A stretch of 64,000 nt of DNA from a virus. Taxonomy: Duplodnaviria > Caudoviricetes. The stretch covers positions 11,041 to 75,040 of the IMG/VR virus record IMGVR_UViG_3300005673_000057, one strand, 5' to 3'. Below are positions 1 to 8,635 of the stretch, piece after piece (position 1 is the stretch's first letter; each line of letters begins with the position of its first letter). Both the position numbers and the translations under genes were made by a program. Below the pieces are notes generated by a model that saw only the letters and a program-made list of their open reading frames with translations, did not search any database and was not told the origin of the DNA.

Positions 1-1
1 C

Positions 2-835
2 AAGGAAGACCCGGAAGCATTCTGGCGGCATCGTAAGACTATTCATCCTTGGCAGAAGGATGAATTCCTCAAGGCGCTGGAGAACAACGATCTGGTGCCG
101 GTGGCCGATCCAAACAATCCGACTTCATTGCATCGCATGGCAAAGGCTCATGCCATTATGCAAATGTCGGCGGCGGCTCCTCAACTTTATAATACTCAGG
201 CAGTACACACTAAAGTGCTGCGCATGATGAGCGTGGATTCGCAGGGGCTCTTCAATCAGCAGCCCACGCCACCGCCGCCCGACCCGCGCATGGAGGCTAT
301 CAAGGAGAAGGCCAAGGCTTCGCAAGCTCAGGCCCAGATGGAAATGCTGCGTGAGCAGATTCGCATCGAGACCGAGAAGGCCAAGCTTCTGGATCGTGCC
401 GAGGAGCGTAAGTCTCGCGAGAAGATCGCCCAGATGCAGACCCAGCTTCAATTACTGCGGATTGAAGAGGAGTATGTCATTAATGAGCGCGAGGAGGATC
501 GCGAGTCATCCAAGGCGGCTTCGGAAATAGAGGTTGGCCGTGCCAAGGCGCAGTCGGACGTGGAAATTAAAACAGCTACGGAAGCGGCTAAGATTGAAGC
601 CCAAAGGGCGGCAAAAGCTCAGGAAATGGAGGCAGCGCGAGTTATTCAATCTCAAGAGATTGAGCGAGATAGAGAGCGTCACCAGCATGAGATGGCAATA
701 GCTAGGGATAAGCACGCTGCTGAGATGCAAATGATGGCAGAAAAGCATAAAGCTGAGCTAGAACAAGCTAAGTTGCTAGCAAAAGCTAAGGCTGCTAGTA
801 TGCGCGCTAAGCCAAAGGGGAAATCGAATGGCTAA
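2..835 (+). CDS. Portal protein, C-terminal part (5' truncated by window edge)
   Basis: Frame is open from base 2 (KEDPEAFWRHRK...LVPVADPNNPTSLHRMAKAHAIMQM), followed by a long Q/E/K/A coiled-coil tail. Lies upstream of GroES, scaffold and capsid genes, as portals do in this architecture. Confidence 0.7.
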   Translation, partial: KEDPEAFWRHRKTIHPWQKDEFLKALENNDLVPVADPNNPTSLHRMAKAHAIMQMSAAAPQLYNTQAVHTKVLRMMSVDSQGLFNQQPTPPPPDPRMEAIKEKAKASQAQAQMEMLREQIRIETEKAKLLDRAEERKSREKIAQMQTQLQLLRIEEEYVINEREEDRESSKAASEIEVGRAKAQSDVEIKTATEAAKIEAQRAAKAQEMEAARVIQSQEIERDRERHQHEMAIARDKHAAEMQMMAEKHKAELEQAKLLAKAKAASMRAKPKGKSNG

Positions 836-1277
836 GAACTGCGGGGAATGGGGCAGGGACAAGGCGCGTGAGCGCTATCAGTCTGGCGGTGAAGTGCCGC
901 TTCCTCCGCGTGACCCGCGCAAGATTGCTCCAGATAAGAAGGGGCAAATCAATATTGGCTCTGGGTCTGGCTATGCGCGCGGTGGCGCTACCGAGGGCTC
1001 CAAAAAGGACGTAGCTGAAGACAAGAAGCTAGCTAGGGCTTCTGGCATGTCCATGAAGACATGGGAGAAATCCGCAATGGATAAGGCCCATGATCGCAAG
1101 AGGGCCGACGGTGGCAGGACTGAACAGTTGTCCCAGAATATGGGGGTTACCCCAGCGGGGCTAGGTCGTGAATTGGCCTCCAACGCTGAGGCATCAGCGG
1201 CACTAAGGACCACTCCAGGTAAATGGCTTAATTTGCAGAATAATCCTAAAGCTAGGAAAAGAGGGGGTAAAACCTAA
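828..1277 (+). CDS. Basic low-complexity putative internal head protein with GG motifs
   Basis: Overlaps the portal stop. Motifs YQSGG, YARGG, RADGG, RKRGG. Confidence 0.6.
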   Translation: MAKNCGEWGRDKARERYQSGGEVPLPPRDPRKIAPDKKGQINIGSGSGYARGGATEGSKKDVAEDKKLARASGMSMKTWEKSAMDKAHDRKRADGGRTEQLSQNMGVTPAGLGRELASNAEASAALRTTPGKWLNLQNNPKARKRGGKT

Positions 1278-1474
1278 TGGCTGGCAAGGGCGATGGCATG
1301 GGGGCACCGAATCAGTCCGCCCCACAGAAGCTAGGCGATTGGGGTAATCTTCGTGGTCCAGGCTACGACAATGACGTAGCTAGCGACTGGCGACGCGGGA
1401 TGGGCCCTAAGCAGGCCGAAGGCAAGCCGGGCTTTATGCCCACGCCGTCTGGCAAGAACAGGGGGGCTGCATAA
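1277..1474 (+). CDS. Small Gly-rich hypothetical protein
   Basis: TAATG coupling on both sides; 65 aa. Confidence 0.6.
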   Translation: MAGKGDGMGAPNQSAPQKLGDWGNLRGPGYDNDVASDWRRGMGPKQAEGKPGFMPTPSGKNRGAA

Positions 1475-1806
1475 TGTCGCATCCTTACAAAGCTCATTCA
1501 GAGCAGGCCCACGGCAAAGCCCGCGCCAAGGAACTGACGCAGGGCTACAAGCGCGGTGGCGCGGTCAAGGGTGGTAAGACCACCATTAATATCAATGTAG
1601 GTAAGCCCGATCTCCCGACTGGCGGCATGCGTCCTCCACTCGCGCCGCCAGTACCTCCCGGCCCTCCTATGGGGGGTCCTCCACTCCCTCCTGGGGGGGC
1701 CGGTCCTTTGCCCGGTATGAAGCGCGGTGGTGCCGTTAAGATGACTGCTGGGGCAGAAACCGGGGTTGGCCGGGAGCAGAAGGCGGCAATCCAGAAACGT
1801 AAGTGA
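1474..1806 (+). CDS. Basic Pro/Gly-rich putative internal head protein
   Basis: KRGGAVK occurs twice; poly-Pro/Gly linker; coupled start. Confidence 0.6.
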   Translation: MSHPYKAHSEQAHGKARAKELTQGYKRGGAVKGGKTTININVGKPDLPTGGMRPPLAPPVPPGPPMGGPPLPPGGAGPLPGMKRGGAVKMTAGAETGVGREQKAAIQKRK

Positions 1807-1809
1807 TTC

Positions 1810-1995
1810 GTGGCAAGAGCTAGGCTTTTTGCACTCTTAGAAGAGCGGATTAAGGACGCCTCTGATCGGGCCCTTCAGGATATGGGGGAAGCCCGGTGCA
1901 AAGACTATCCGGCATACCTGTACCAATGTGGATATCTTTTAGGTATGAAGGAAGTTATTATATTAATGGACGAAATCGAAAAGCAGAGGGAATAG
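1810..1995 (+). CDS. Small helical hypothetical protein
   Basis: 61-aa ORF (GTG start) filling the gap in a tightly packed operon. Confidence 0.55.
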   Translation: MARARLFALLEERIKDASDRALQDMGEARCKDYPAYLYQCGYLLGMKEVIILMDEIEKQRE

Positions 1996-1998
1996 TGC

Positions 1999-2385
1999 AT
2001 GGCCTTTGTAACGGCTGCGAAGATCGAGGCAATCAGTCAGGCTAAGGACCCCAAGAAGGCGATTATCGACGCCGTAGGCGATCTCTCCAAGGAGAGTGTG
2101 CTTTGGGACCTTGTTTTAGTAGGCACCCACATTCGGTCTGAAATGACCAAGGGGGGCATTATCCGACCCAAGGAAAATGTCGCCGAGGATGCCTATCAAG
2201 GCAAGGCGGGGGTGATTCTCAAATTCGGCGAAGGTGTTGATAACATTTGGAATTTGCAGGTTGGTGACTGGATTGCATATTCCATTAAGGATGGAATGTC
2301 GGTCACCATTAATGACACCCCATGTCGCCTGATCCCATACGAGAAAATCCGTATGAAGGTTACCGACCCGAACATGGTCTTCTAA
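1999..2385 (+). CDS. groES: GroES-like co-chaperonin
   Basis: D-x-V-L-V...TKGGII-x-P mobile-loop motif, G-x-I-L-K-x-G and VGDW-I-x-Y pattern of Cpn10. Confidence 0.75.
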   Translation: MAFVTAAKIEAISQAKDPKKAIIDAVGDLSKESVLWDLVLVGTHIRSEMTKGGIIRPKENVAEDAYQGKAGVILKFGEGVDNIWNLQVGDWIAYSIKDGMSVTINDTPCRLIPYEKIRMKVTDPNMVF

Positions 2386-2386
2386 A

Positions 2387-3433
2387 ATGGCTAGACCCCG
2401 CATAGTACGCACCAAGGAAGAGGCTGAGGCCGTCCCCTTGGACCAGCCGATTCAGATCGCGCTGACTGACGAATCCGAAATCGAAACCAAGCAGGAGCCT
2501 GAAGATAGGGACGCGCAGGCGCGGCAGGAAGCAGAGAAAAAGCCAGTTGTTGCTGCTGTTGACAGAGACGATGACGAGCAAAAGCCAGATATCTCTGCCC
2601 TGCAAAAGCAAATCGCCGATCTTCAGAAGGCAGAGAAGCTTGCTCAGGATCGTTATGAGGCCGAGCGTAAGCGTGCTGAAGAGGCTGAGCGCAGGCGCAA
2701 CGAAGTCCAGACTGAGAATACTCGCTTCCAAGAGGAAACTTCTCAGGCCCAGTACGACGCCATTGTTAATGCCCTAGAGGCATCGAAGGCAGAAGCTGAG
2801 GCCGCAGAGCGGGCTCTGGAGCGCGCTGAATTCGATGCCGATGCCAAGGCTAAGTCGGATGCATATCGCAGGCTGGCCCGCGCGGAAGCCAATATTACGC
2901 GGCTTGAGGATGGCAAGGCCGCCTATGAGGCTAGGATTGCGGAAGCTAAGGCTAGGCCGAAGCAGGAGCCCGATGGGCCCAAGTTGGATGCCTTCGAGCA
3001 GGCAATCTCCAATATGCCACCACTGGTCAAGGACTGGATGCGTCAGCACCCAGATTACATGACTGATCGGCGCAAGAATGCTAAAATTCAGGCTCTACAT
3101 TACGATGTAGAGGAAGAGGGCCATGCCTTTGGCACCCAGCCATATGTCGAGGCGATGGAAGTCAAACTTGGAATGCGTGAGGCTCCCAAGAAGGCTGAGG
3201 AGCAAGAGGAAGAGCAGCAACAGAGGATTACCGTAGTGACGCAAGCCCCTCCGACTCGGGACATTCCATCGTCTTCTACTGGTAAGCCAGCTTCCTCAAC
3301 GAAGGTTACCCTTACCGCAGAGGAGCGGGAGATCGCACGGCTTAATGGTATTACCGAGATCGAGTATGCCAAGCAGAAGCTGAAGCTTCAGGAATTAAAA
3401 CGTAACGGACATTATATTGAGGGGGCACGATAA
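2387..3433 (+). CDS. Putative capsid scaffolding protein
   Basis: Acidic coiled coil with a C-terminal LTAEEREIARLNGITEIEYAKQK helix; position before the capsid genes. Confidence 0.65.
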   Translation: MARPRIVRTKEEAEAVPLDQPIQIALTDESEIETKQEPEDRDAQARQEAEKKPVVAAVDRDDDEQKPDISALQKQIADLQKAEKLAQDRYEAERKRAEEAERRRNEVQTENTRFQEETSQAQYDAIVNALEASKAEAEAAERALERAEFDADAKAKSDAYRRLARAEANITRLEDGKAAYEARIAEAKARPKQEPDGPKLDAFEQAISNMPPLVKDWMRQHPDYMTDRRKNAKIQALHYDVEEEGHAFGTQPYVEAMEVKLGMREAPKKAEEQEEEQQQRITVVTQAPPTRDIPSSSTGKPASSTKVTLTAEEREIARLNGITEIEYAKQKLKLQELKRNGHYIEGAR

Positions 3434-4071
3434 TGCCTAAGAAGGGACAAACATGGTCTCCTGAGCAGCGGGAGAAAATCCTTGCTGCAAAGCAACGGCG
3501 GAAGGCGATGACGGATGAACTCACGCCCAAGCCTGCGCCTGAGATGCCCCCGCGCCAGCGCATTCAGTATGAGCCGGTCAAGGCTGCACCTTCTGGTGCT
3601 AAGTGGCAAATGAAGGCAGGTAAGTGGGATACCGATGCCTTTGGGGATGTGGATAGCAATCTACGCCCGCTGGAGATTCCAGTGGATGATATCCCCGATG
3701 GGATCACCCTACAGTGGGTGACGCATTCGGTACGTGGTGCCGAGGAGCCGCAGCGCCGCGCCAAGTTTGAGCAGGCGGGATGGCTCCCGGTCCATCCTGA
3801 AGACTTTGATGGCCAGTTTGATGGCCGTTGGGCCTCAAAGGGCGTGACTGGTGAAATCCAGTATGATGGCTTGGTATTGATGGCCAAGCCCACGGAGCAG
3901 GTTAAGAAGTCCAAGGAAAGGGACCAGAGGGCTGCCCGCAGGCAGGTGCAGATCAAGGAGCAGGCCCTTTATGGCGGTGAGATTAATGCCATGGGCTCTG
4001 ATCATCCCAGCGCTCTACGCACCAATAAGATTAATCGCAGCTACGAAAAGATGGTAATCCCTGAAGACTGA
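3433..4071 (+). CDS. Conserved head-module hypothetical protein
   Basis: 212-aa ORF coupled to the scaffold gene; globular C-terminal half (LQWV...GWLPV...GLVLMAKP). Confidence 0.6.
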   Translation: MPKKGQTWSPEQREKILAAKQRRKAMTDELTPKPAPEMPPRQRIQYEPVKAAPSGAKWQMKAGKWDTDAFGDVDSNLRPLEIPVDDIPDGITLQWVTHSVRGAEEPQRRAKFEQAGWLPVHPEDFDGQFDGRWASKGVTGEIQYDGLVLMAKPTEQVKKSKERDQRAARRQVQIKEQALYGGEINAMGSDHPSALRTNKINRSYEKMVIPED

Positions 4072-4082
4072 GTATTGGGGTA

Positions 4083-4112
4083 TTGACTCCAATATGGGAT
4101 TACCATTATAAG
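4083..4112 (+). promoter_or_regulatory. Candidate sigma70-type promoter for the capsid operon
   Basis: TTGACT-N18-TATAAG in the 160-bp intergenic gap. An imperfect inverted repeat (TATTGGGG/CTCCAATA) overlaps the -35. Confidence 0.45.
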
Positions 4113-4233
4113 CGAATCATCCCTGCTAAAGGGATAGGGCGAGCCGCCCAAAGAATATACCCCACGCGCCGTGGTCTCTTCCGGTAGTTAGCCAATAGTG
4201 GCTGCTACGATAGGGGATAGGAGCCCACGGACT

Positions 4234-4860
4234 ATGGCGAACACTTTCGCACCTTTCGGTTTCCGCTCTTTTGGCCATCAGGACGGCTCTGCGCCGACTA
4301 TGGGCCTTTCTCGCTATTTCATGCTGTCGAGCGACACCGCCGCGTGTTTCACGGGCGATGTGGTCGTTAACTCGTCAGCAAATTATGGCTACATCAATGT
4401 AGCGGTGGCTGGTCTCAATGCCACCATCAAGCCGCTTGGTGTATTCGCCGGGTGCGAATACTACAATTCCAACGTCCAGCGCAAAGTCTGGTCGCCCTAC
4501 TTCCCCGGATCGGTCGGCTCTTCCAGCCCTGTGACCGCATATGTCATTACCGACCCGGAAATGACTTACATTGCCCAGGCGAGCACCGGCACTGTGGTTG
4601 GTACGAGTCTTATCGGCCGAAACATCGCTTGGACGGTTGGCTCTGGCAATACCACTAATGGTCAGTCGGCTTCGTACCTTAATTCGAGCCAGACTGGTAC
4701 GGCGGCTTCGTCCTTTATCTGGCGCGTTGTCGATAGCTATTCGAACTTTGGCCCTCCGGGTGCCAATGGCACTTCTACCAGCGAAGGTGGCGGCATCCTT
4801 GTTGTCCAGCCGGTTGGTTGGATGCGCAATACTGTGACTCTGACGGGTGTGAGCACTTAA
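4234..4860 (+). CDS. Putative capsid decoration/cement protein, Ser/Thr-rich
   Basis: AGGAG RBS then ATG at 4234 (MANTFAPFGF...). GDVV and GVFAGCEY motifs, as in proteins that precede the major capsid gene in such phages. Confidence 0.6.
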   Translation: MANTFAPFGFRSFGHQDGSAPTMGLSRYFMLSSDTAACFTGDVVVNSSANYGYINVAVAGLNATIKPLGVFAGCEYYNSNVQRKVWSPYFPGSVGSSSPVTAYVITDPEMTYIAQASTGTVVGTSLIGRNIAWTVGSGNTTNGQSASYLNSSQTGTAASSFIWRVVDSYSNFGPPGANGTSTSEGGGILVVQPVGWMRNTVTLTGVST

Positions 4861-5822
4861 TGATCGCTACTGCCGCCCATATCGGATTTCTTGGCCCTCT
4901 TTCCCGGAAGAGCGGCCAAGATTTCGGCTGGGCTTTTTCCAGCGGCGACTTCGGCTGCTATCTTGGCTACGAGCGCCTCGTCGATCTTGTGCGGTCGTCC
5001 ATTAAACCAATCCTGAACATTTCCGGCCCTCGTAACCCATTCCAGATTCTCGGCTCTGGCGTCAGTCCTGTCTTCGTTCTTATGATGAACGGTATCAAGA
5101 CCGTTAGGATTAGGGACAAAGGCTTGGGCAACAAGTCGATGAACCAGAAAGGTTTTGGTGGAACCGTCCCTAGCAAGTTCGACTTTCGGGTAGCCGCTGG
5201 CGGCACCAAGTTCTCTAATTCTGGATCGGATGTGACGGTTCCTTCCGTGACCATCGTCGATGGTTCTAGGAAGGCTTGCGATGCGGCCCAAGTTGCTTAC
5301 TTGGTAGAGCCCCTCGTACCCCAGGATATCGCGCCACTCCTCTCCTTCAAGGTTCTCCATAACCGGGGTCAATTCGGGGAAAAGTTCGAAAACAATCTTT
5401 TCGACGTAAATCATCTTAGCTTTTCGGCTGTTTTGGATACCGAGGTAGGCGACAAGATATCCATTGTTTCTGGAAGTCTTAAGAATCTTCGCGCCGATAG
5501 CACGGGTAGCTCCGTGCAGTCCGTGCGCTGTGATCCTGCTGCCGCGCCTAACTCTGGCGTGACTGGAAACCTCGTAGCCAGCGTGGCCGGGGACTGGCTT
5601 CCATACCTCGCCCGGCTCGTTAAGCAGGGCCTCTGCTATATCTGGGAAAAGTTCGTTAACCTTGCGTCGCACATTGACGCGCAACCGCATTCCCATGCGG
5701 AACAGGTTAGCGCGCCCTCCGTCGAGCGGAAGGGTCTTACCACTAGAGTCTCGAACCTCCCCCTGGTCAGATATCAGGTAGTTCGGGGCTTCTGGGATCG
5801 GAAGCCATCTGGCTTCGATCAT
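4857..5822 (-). CDS. Free-standing homing endonuclease, NUMOD4 repeats + HNH
   Basis: Repeated E-x-W-K/R-x-I/V-x-G-x-x-G-x-Y-x-V-S units. HRLVAQAFVPNP...VHHKNEDRTDARAENLEWVT. Antisense within the late operon. Confidence 0.85.
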   Translation of the reverse strand: MIEARWLPIPEAPNYLISDQGEVRDSSGKTLPLDGGRANLFRMGMRLRVNVRRKVNELFPDIAEALLNEPGEVWKPVPGHAGYEVSSHARVRRGSRITAHGLHGATRAIGAKILKTSRNNGYLVAYLGIQNSRKAKMIYVEKIVFELFPELTPVMENLEGEEWRDILGYEGLYQVSNLGRIASLPRTIDDGHGRNRHIRSRIRELGAASGYPKVELARDGSTKTFLVHRLVAQAFVPNPNGLDTVHHKNEDRTDARAENLEWVTRAGNVQDWFNGRPHKIDEALVAKIAAEVAAGKSPAEILAALPGKRAKKSDMGGSSDH

Positions 5823-5856
5823 TTTTCCACCCTAGGTGCCGGTTGCTCATTAGCCA

Positions 5857-5885
5857 CACATACTGGTTTGTGTGGCGAATGTCAA
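5857..5885 (-). promoter_or_regulatory. Candidate promoter for the antisense HNH gene
   Basis: Minus strand TTGACA-N17-TATGTG, overlapped by an 8-bp perfect inverted repeat (5853-5876). Confidence 0.45.
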
Positions 5886-5926
5886 GTGGCGAATAACTCA
5901 GCCATTTCAATGGCAGGAGGTGCCAG

Positions 5927-6841
5927 TTGCCCGTAGCTCTTTCAGCCATCCGTGATTTGTTGTTACCTGGCCTCTGGGGCATCAGTGGCCGATATCCCAT
6001 GATCGAGCGGCAGTGGCCGAGCATCTTCAAGCAGACCGACTCGAACATGGCCTTGGAGCGCAGGACTGCGGTGCGCTTCCTTGGCTTTGCCCAGCTAAAG
6101 CAGGAAGGCGCTCCCACCTCGTTCGATAACGCGGCTGGTCAGCGCTATACCTACAATGCTGAGCACTTTGAGATTGGTCTTGGCTACGCGATCACCCGCA
6201 AGGCCATTGACGACAATCTCTACAAGAGCGAATTCGGCCCCTCCAACGACGGCCTTATGGAGTCGTTCAAGGAGACCGAGGAAATCTACGCCGCGAACGT
6301 CTTCAATACTGGCACGACTTATAATGCCAATATTGGTGGTGACGGCGTGGCACTGTTCTCGACGGCGCATCCTATCGACCAAGCGACCATTGCGAATGAG
6401 CCGAACCCGGAAGTCGATCTCAACGAGACTTCTCTGCTCAACGCCTGCACTACCATTCGCGGTACGTGGCTTGATAACGCCGGTCTCAAAATCCATGCGC
6501 GTGGCCGCAAGCTGATCGTTCCTTACCAGCTTGAGCCCATCGCGATCCGACTGTTCCGCTCCGAGCTTCGGCCCGGTACGTCGCAAAACGATGTCAACGC
6601 GGTCATGCACATGAATGAAAGTCTTAAGGAAGGCTTCATGGTGTGGGATTATCTCACTTCGGCTTACGCATGGTTTGTGCTCACGAATCATGAAGGGTTG
6701 ATCTTCTTCAACCGCAAGCCGTTTGAGACGGACATGAGCGTTGAATTCACCACTGATAACCTGCTGGTAAAGGGATATCAGCGTTATGTTCCTACCTACT
6801 ACGATTGGAGGGCATGTTGGGGCACCTTCCCTGTCGCCTAG
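5927..6841 (+). CDS. Major capsid protein (TTG start)
   Basis: AGGAGGT RBS 5 nt before TTG; in-frame TAA at 5894 excludes an upstream ATG. 304 aa with strong high-expression codon bias (C-ending codons). Sequence pattern (RKLIVP..L, AWF, F-x-R-KP..MSVEF-T-N...Y-R) resembles Mu gpT-like capsid proteins. Confidence 0.8.
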   Translation: MPVALSAIRDLLLPGLWGISGRYPMIERQWPSIFKQTDSNMALERRTAVRFLGFAQLKQEGAPTSFDNAAGQRYTYNAEHFEIGLGYAITRKAIDDNLYKSEFGPSNDGLMESFKETEEIYAANVFNTGTTYNANIGGDGVALFSTAHPIDQATIANEPNPEVDLNETSLLNACTTIRGTWLDNAGLKIHARGRKLIVPYQLEPIAIRLFRSELRPGTSQNDVNAVMHMNESLKEGFMVWDYLTSAYAWFVLTNHEGLIFFNRKPFETDMSVEFTTDNLLVKGYQRYVPTYYDWRACWGTFPVA

Positions 6842-6862
6842 TATGCAGTATTGATTAGAGCC

Positions 6863-6903
6863 CCAGTAAGGGATATATAGGAGAAATCCTAACCCCTTAC
6901 TGG
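6863..6903 (+). promoter_or_regulatory. Stem-loop partly occluding the RBS of the downstream HNH gene
   Basis: CCAGTAAGGG...CCCTTACTGG 10-bp stem with an inner TAGGA-GAAA-TCCTA hairpin. The 3' arm includes the start of the GGAG RBS at 6902-6905. Confidence 0.55.
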
Positions 6904-6912
6904 AGAAATAGA

Positions 6913-7425
6913 GTGAGCCTGACACAAGAGAGACTGATGCAATTGCTGGACTACAACAAGGAGACGGGTGAATTCCGCCGCAAGGTGCAGGCGGGGGCAT
7001 ATGACCGTTTTCCGGTTGGGGGCCTTGCTGGTTGGCTTAATAAAGAAGGATATCGGTATATCCGAATTGATGGACGGGTATACCGCGCATCTCGTTTGGC
7101 CTATCTCTATGTAACTGGCTTATGGCCAGTCGAGCAGATTGATCACAAGAATTGTGATACATCAGATGATCGTTGGGATAATCTTCGCCCGGCGTCTCAG
7201 TCCCAGAACAAACGAAATAACCGCCTGCGCAAAGATAGCAGCACTGGCTACAAGTGCGTGGTGTACGACAAGGCTCGTGACAAGTATCGCTGGCAGGTAG
7301 TCGTGGACGGGAAGCGCCGCAAGTCTGGCAAGCGATTTGACACCGCCGCTGAAGCCTTTGCTGACTATCAAGCCCGGCTCCCCGAATTCCATGGTGAATT
7401 CGCTAACGATGGAGGCCCTGTCTAA
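6913..7425 (+). CDS. HNH-AP2 homing endonuclease
   Basis: LTQERL..LL-Y..ETGEF, RLAYLYVTG-WP..QIDHKNCDTSDDRWDNLR; AP2-like C-terminus ending FHGEFA. Confidence 0.85.
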   Translation: MSLTQERLMQLLDYNKETGEFRRKVQAGAYDRFPVGGLAGWLNKEGYRYIRIDGRVYRASRLAYLYVTGLWPVEQIDHKNCDTSDDRWDNLRPASQSQNKRNNRLRKDSSTGYKCVVYDKARDKYRWQVVVDGKRRKSGKRFDTAAEAFADYQARLPEFHGEFANDGGPV

Positions 7426-8426
7426 TGGGTATCACTGCTCTTTCTGGGCCATTCCTCCAGTATGGAATCACGACCACTGGTTCCACTGATGGTCTGACCG
7501 GCCGAGATGTGGAATATAACGATCAGCGTGCTCCCATGCTTGCCGATCTTGGCAATGCCATGTTGGACCCGCGCACCTTTTACACTTATGCGCCTGGCGG
7601 CGCGGTAACCAACAAGGTCTACGGCTTCTACGGCGGCGTTGGCTACGTTGATTATCTGCCGCTTGCAGCGTCTTCGATTTCTATCGTCAATGACACTGGT
7701 AGCTCTGGAGATAGTGAGTTTACGCTTGTCACTGCCTCTTCGGCTCTTGGCACGTATTCCACGACTTTGATCGCTCCCGAGAGCGGGGTGACGCTCACCA
7801 GTGTCCTGACTTTGGATAGCTCTGACGACTCGTACATGGTCAACGCCTTCGGGCAGACTGCTACGGTCAATACTTGGGCCCCTGGTGGTGGTGCTGGTCG
7901 CTGCATTGCGGTATATACTGCTAGCTATAGTGATAGCCCTGTCACGGTAGAAGGCCGGGATATCTATGGCTATAAGATCAGCGAAAAGATCGACATTAGT
8001 TCGAATGGTTCTGTAACCTCGTCATTCGGTGGCATTGGTCAGAAAGCATTCAAGTACATTCTCGGGGTCTATAATAGCTCTGCCCCGACTAGCACTGGCA
8101 TTAAGGTCGGCACGACTAATCGGTTTGGCTTCCCGATGTATGTCCCATATTATGGGATGAATATCAGCGTCCAAGTCGCTTCGGTCGCCACGATCAGCAA
8201 TGCGCTAGTACCGCTGACTTCGGCCAACGCCATTCTTGGCTTGGCTTCGACGGCTACGGCTAACTCTACCAATGCGGACGTGCGCGGCATTTATATTTCA
8301 TCTGTCACGGCAGATGGTATATATCGCCTTCAAATGCGCGTCACTCCTGCGGCTTCGGCTGTTGTTACGATCTCTGCAACCAATGTGGCTCCGCTCTTTG
8401 GTGCTACGCAGTACAGCAGCTTCTGA
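7425..8426 (+). CDS. Ser/Thr-rich putative virion structural protein
   Basis: 333 aa, beta-rich, low charge; follows the capsid gene and takes its RBS (GGAGG) from the HNH 3' end. Confidence 0.6.
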   Translation: MGITALSGPFLQYGITTTGSTDGLTGRDVEYNDQRAPMLADLGNAMLDPRTFYTYAPGGAVTNKVYGFYGGVGYVDYLPLAASSISIVNDTGSSGDSEFTLVTASSALGTYSTTLIAPESGVTLTSVLTLDSSDDSYMVNAFGQTATVNTWAPGGGAGRCIAVYTASYSDSPVTVEGRDIYGYKISEKIDISSNGSVTSSFGGIGQKAFKYILGVYNSSAPTSTGIKVGTTNRFGFPMYVPYYGMNISVQVASVATISNALVPLTSANAILGLASTATANSTNADVRGIYISSVTADGIYRLQMRVTPAASAVVTISATNVAPLFGATQYSSF

Positions 8427-8436
8427 GGAATAGACT

Positions 8437-8619
8437 ATGGCTCATAAGGGCATCAAATCCACTCCGTTGGCTTCTGGTAGCAAGAAGGTTGCTGCTGAGG
8501 CTAGGTCCACGAAGGGCGGGGGCACGGGGGCTGATCGGTCGCCTTATTCGTCTGCTGGTGGCGGTAAGGCGACCGCCAACCCCTATTCGAGCGCTGGCCG
8601 GGGCACTCGCGGCCGATAA
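8437..8619 (+). CDS. Small basic Gly/Ser-rich protein with PYSSAG repeat
   Basis: GAGGA RBS; SPYSSAGGG and NPYSSAGRG. Confidence 0.6.
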   Translation: MAHKGIKSTPLASGSKKVAAEARSTKGGGTGADRSPYSSAGGGKATANPYSSAGRGTRGR

Positions 8620-8635
8620 TTTATTGGGGCCGTAA

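Noticed and set aside
4818-5936. 372-aa + strand ORF between decoration and capsid genes
   Set aside because: Antisense shadow of the NUMOD4-HNH gene; no RBS or recognisable motifs.
6095-7000. 301-aa minus-strand ORF over the capsid gene (also 37785-38717, 44147-45205, 54826-55632 and many shorter ones)
   Set aside because: Antisense or alternate-frame shadows of GC3-biased real genes, without RBS or domain features.
4857-7425. Group I intron or intein around the capsid gene
   Set aside because: Flanking genes are complete with their own starts and stops; the HNH genes are intergenic and no intron core was recognised.
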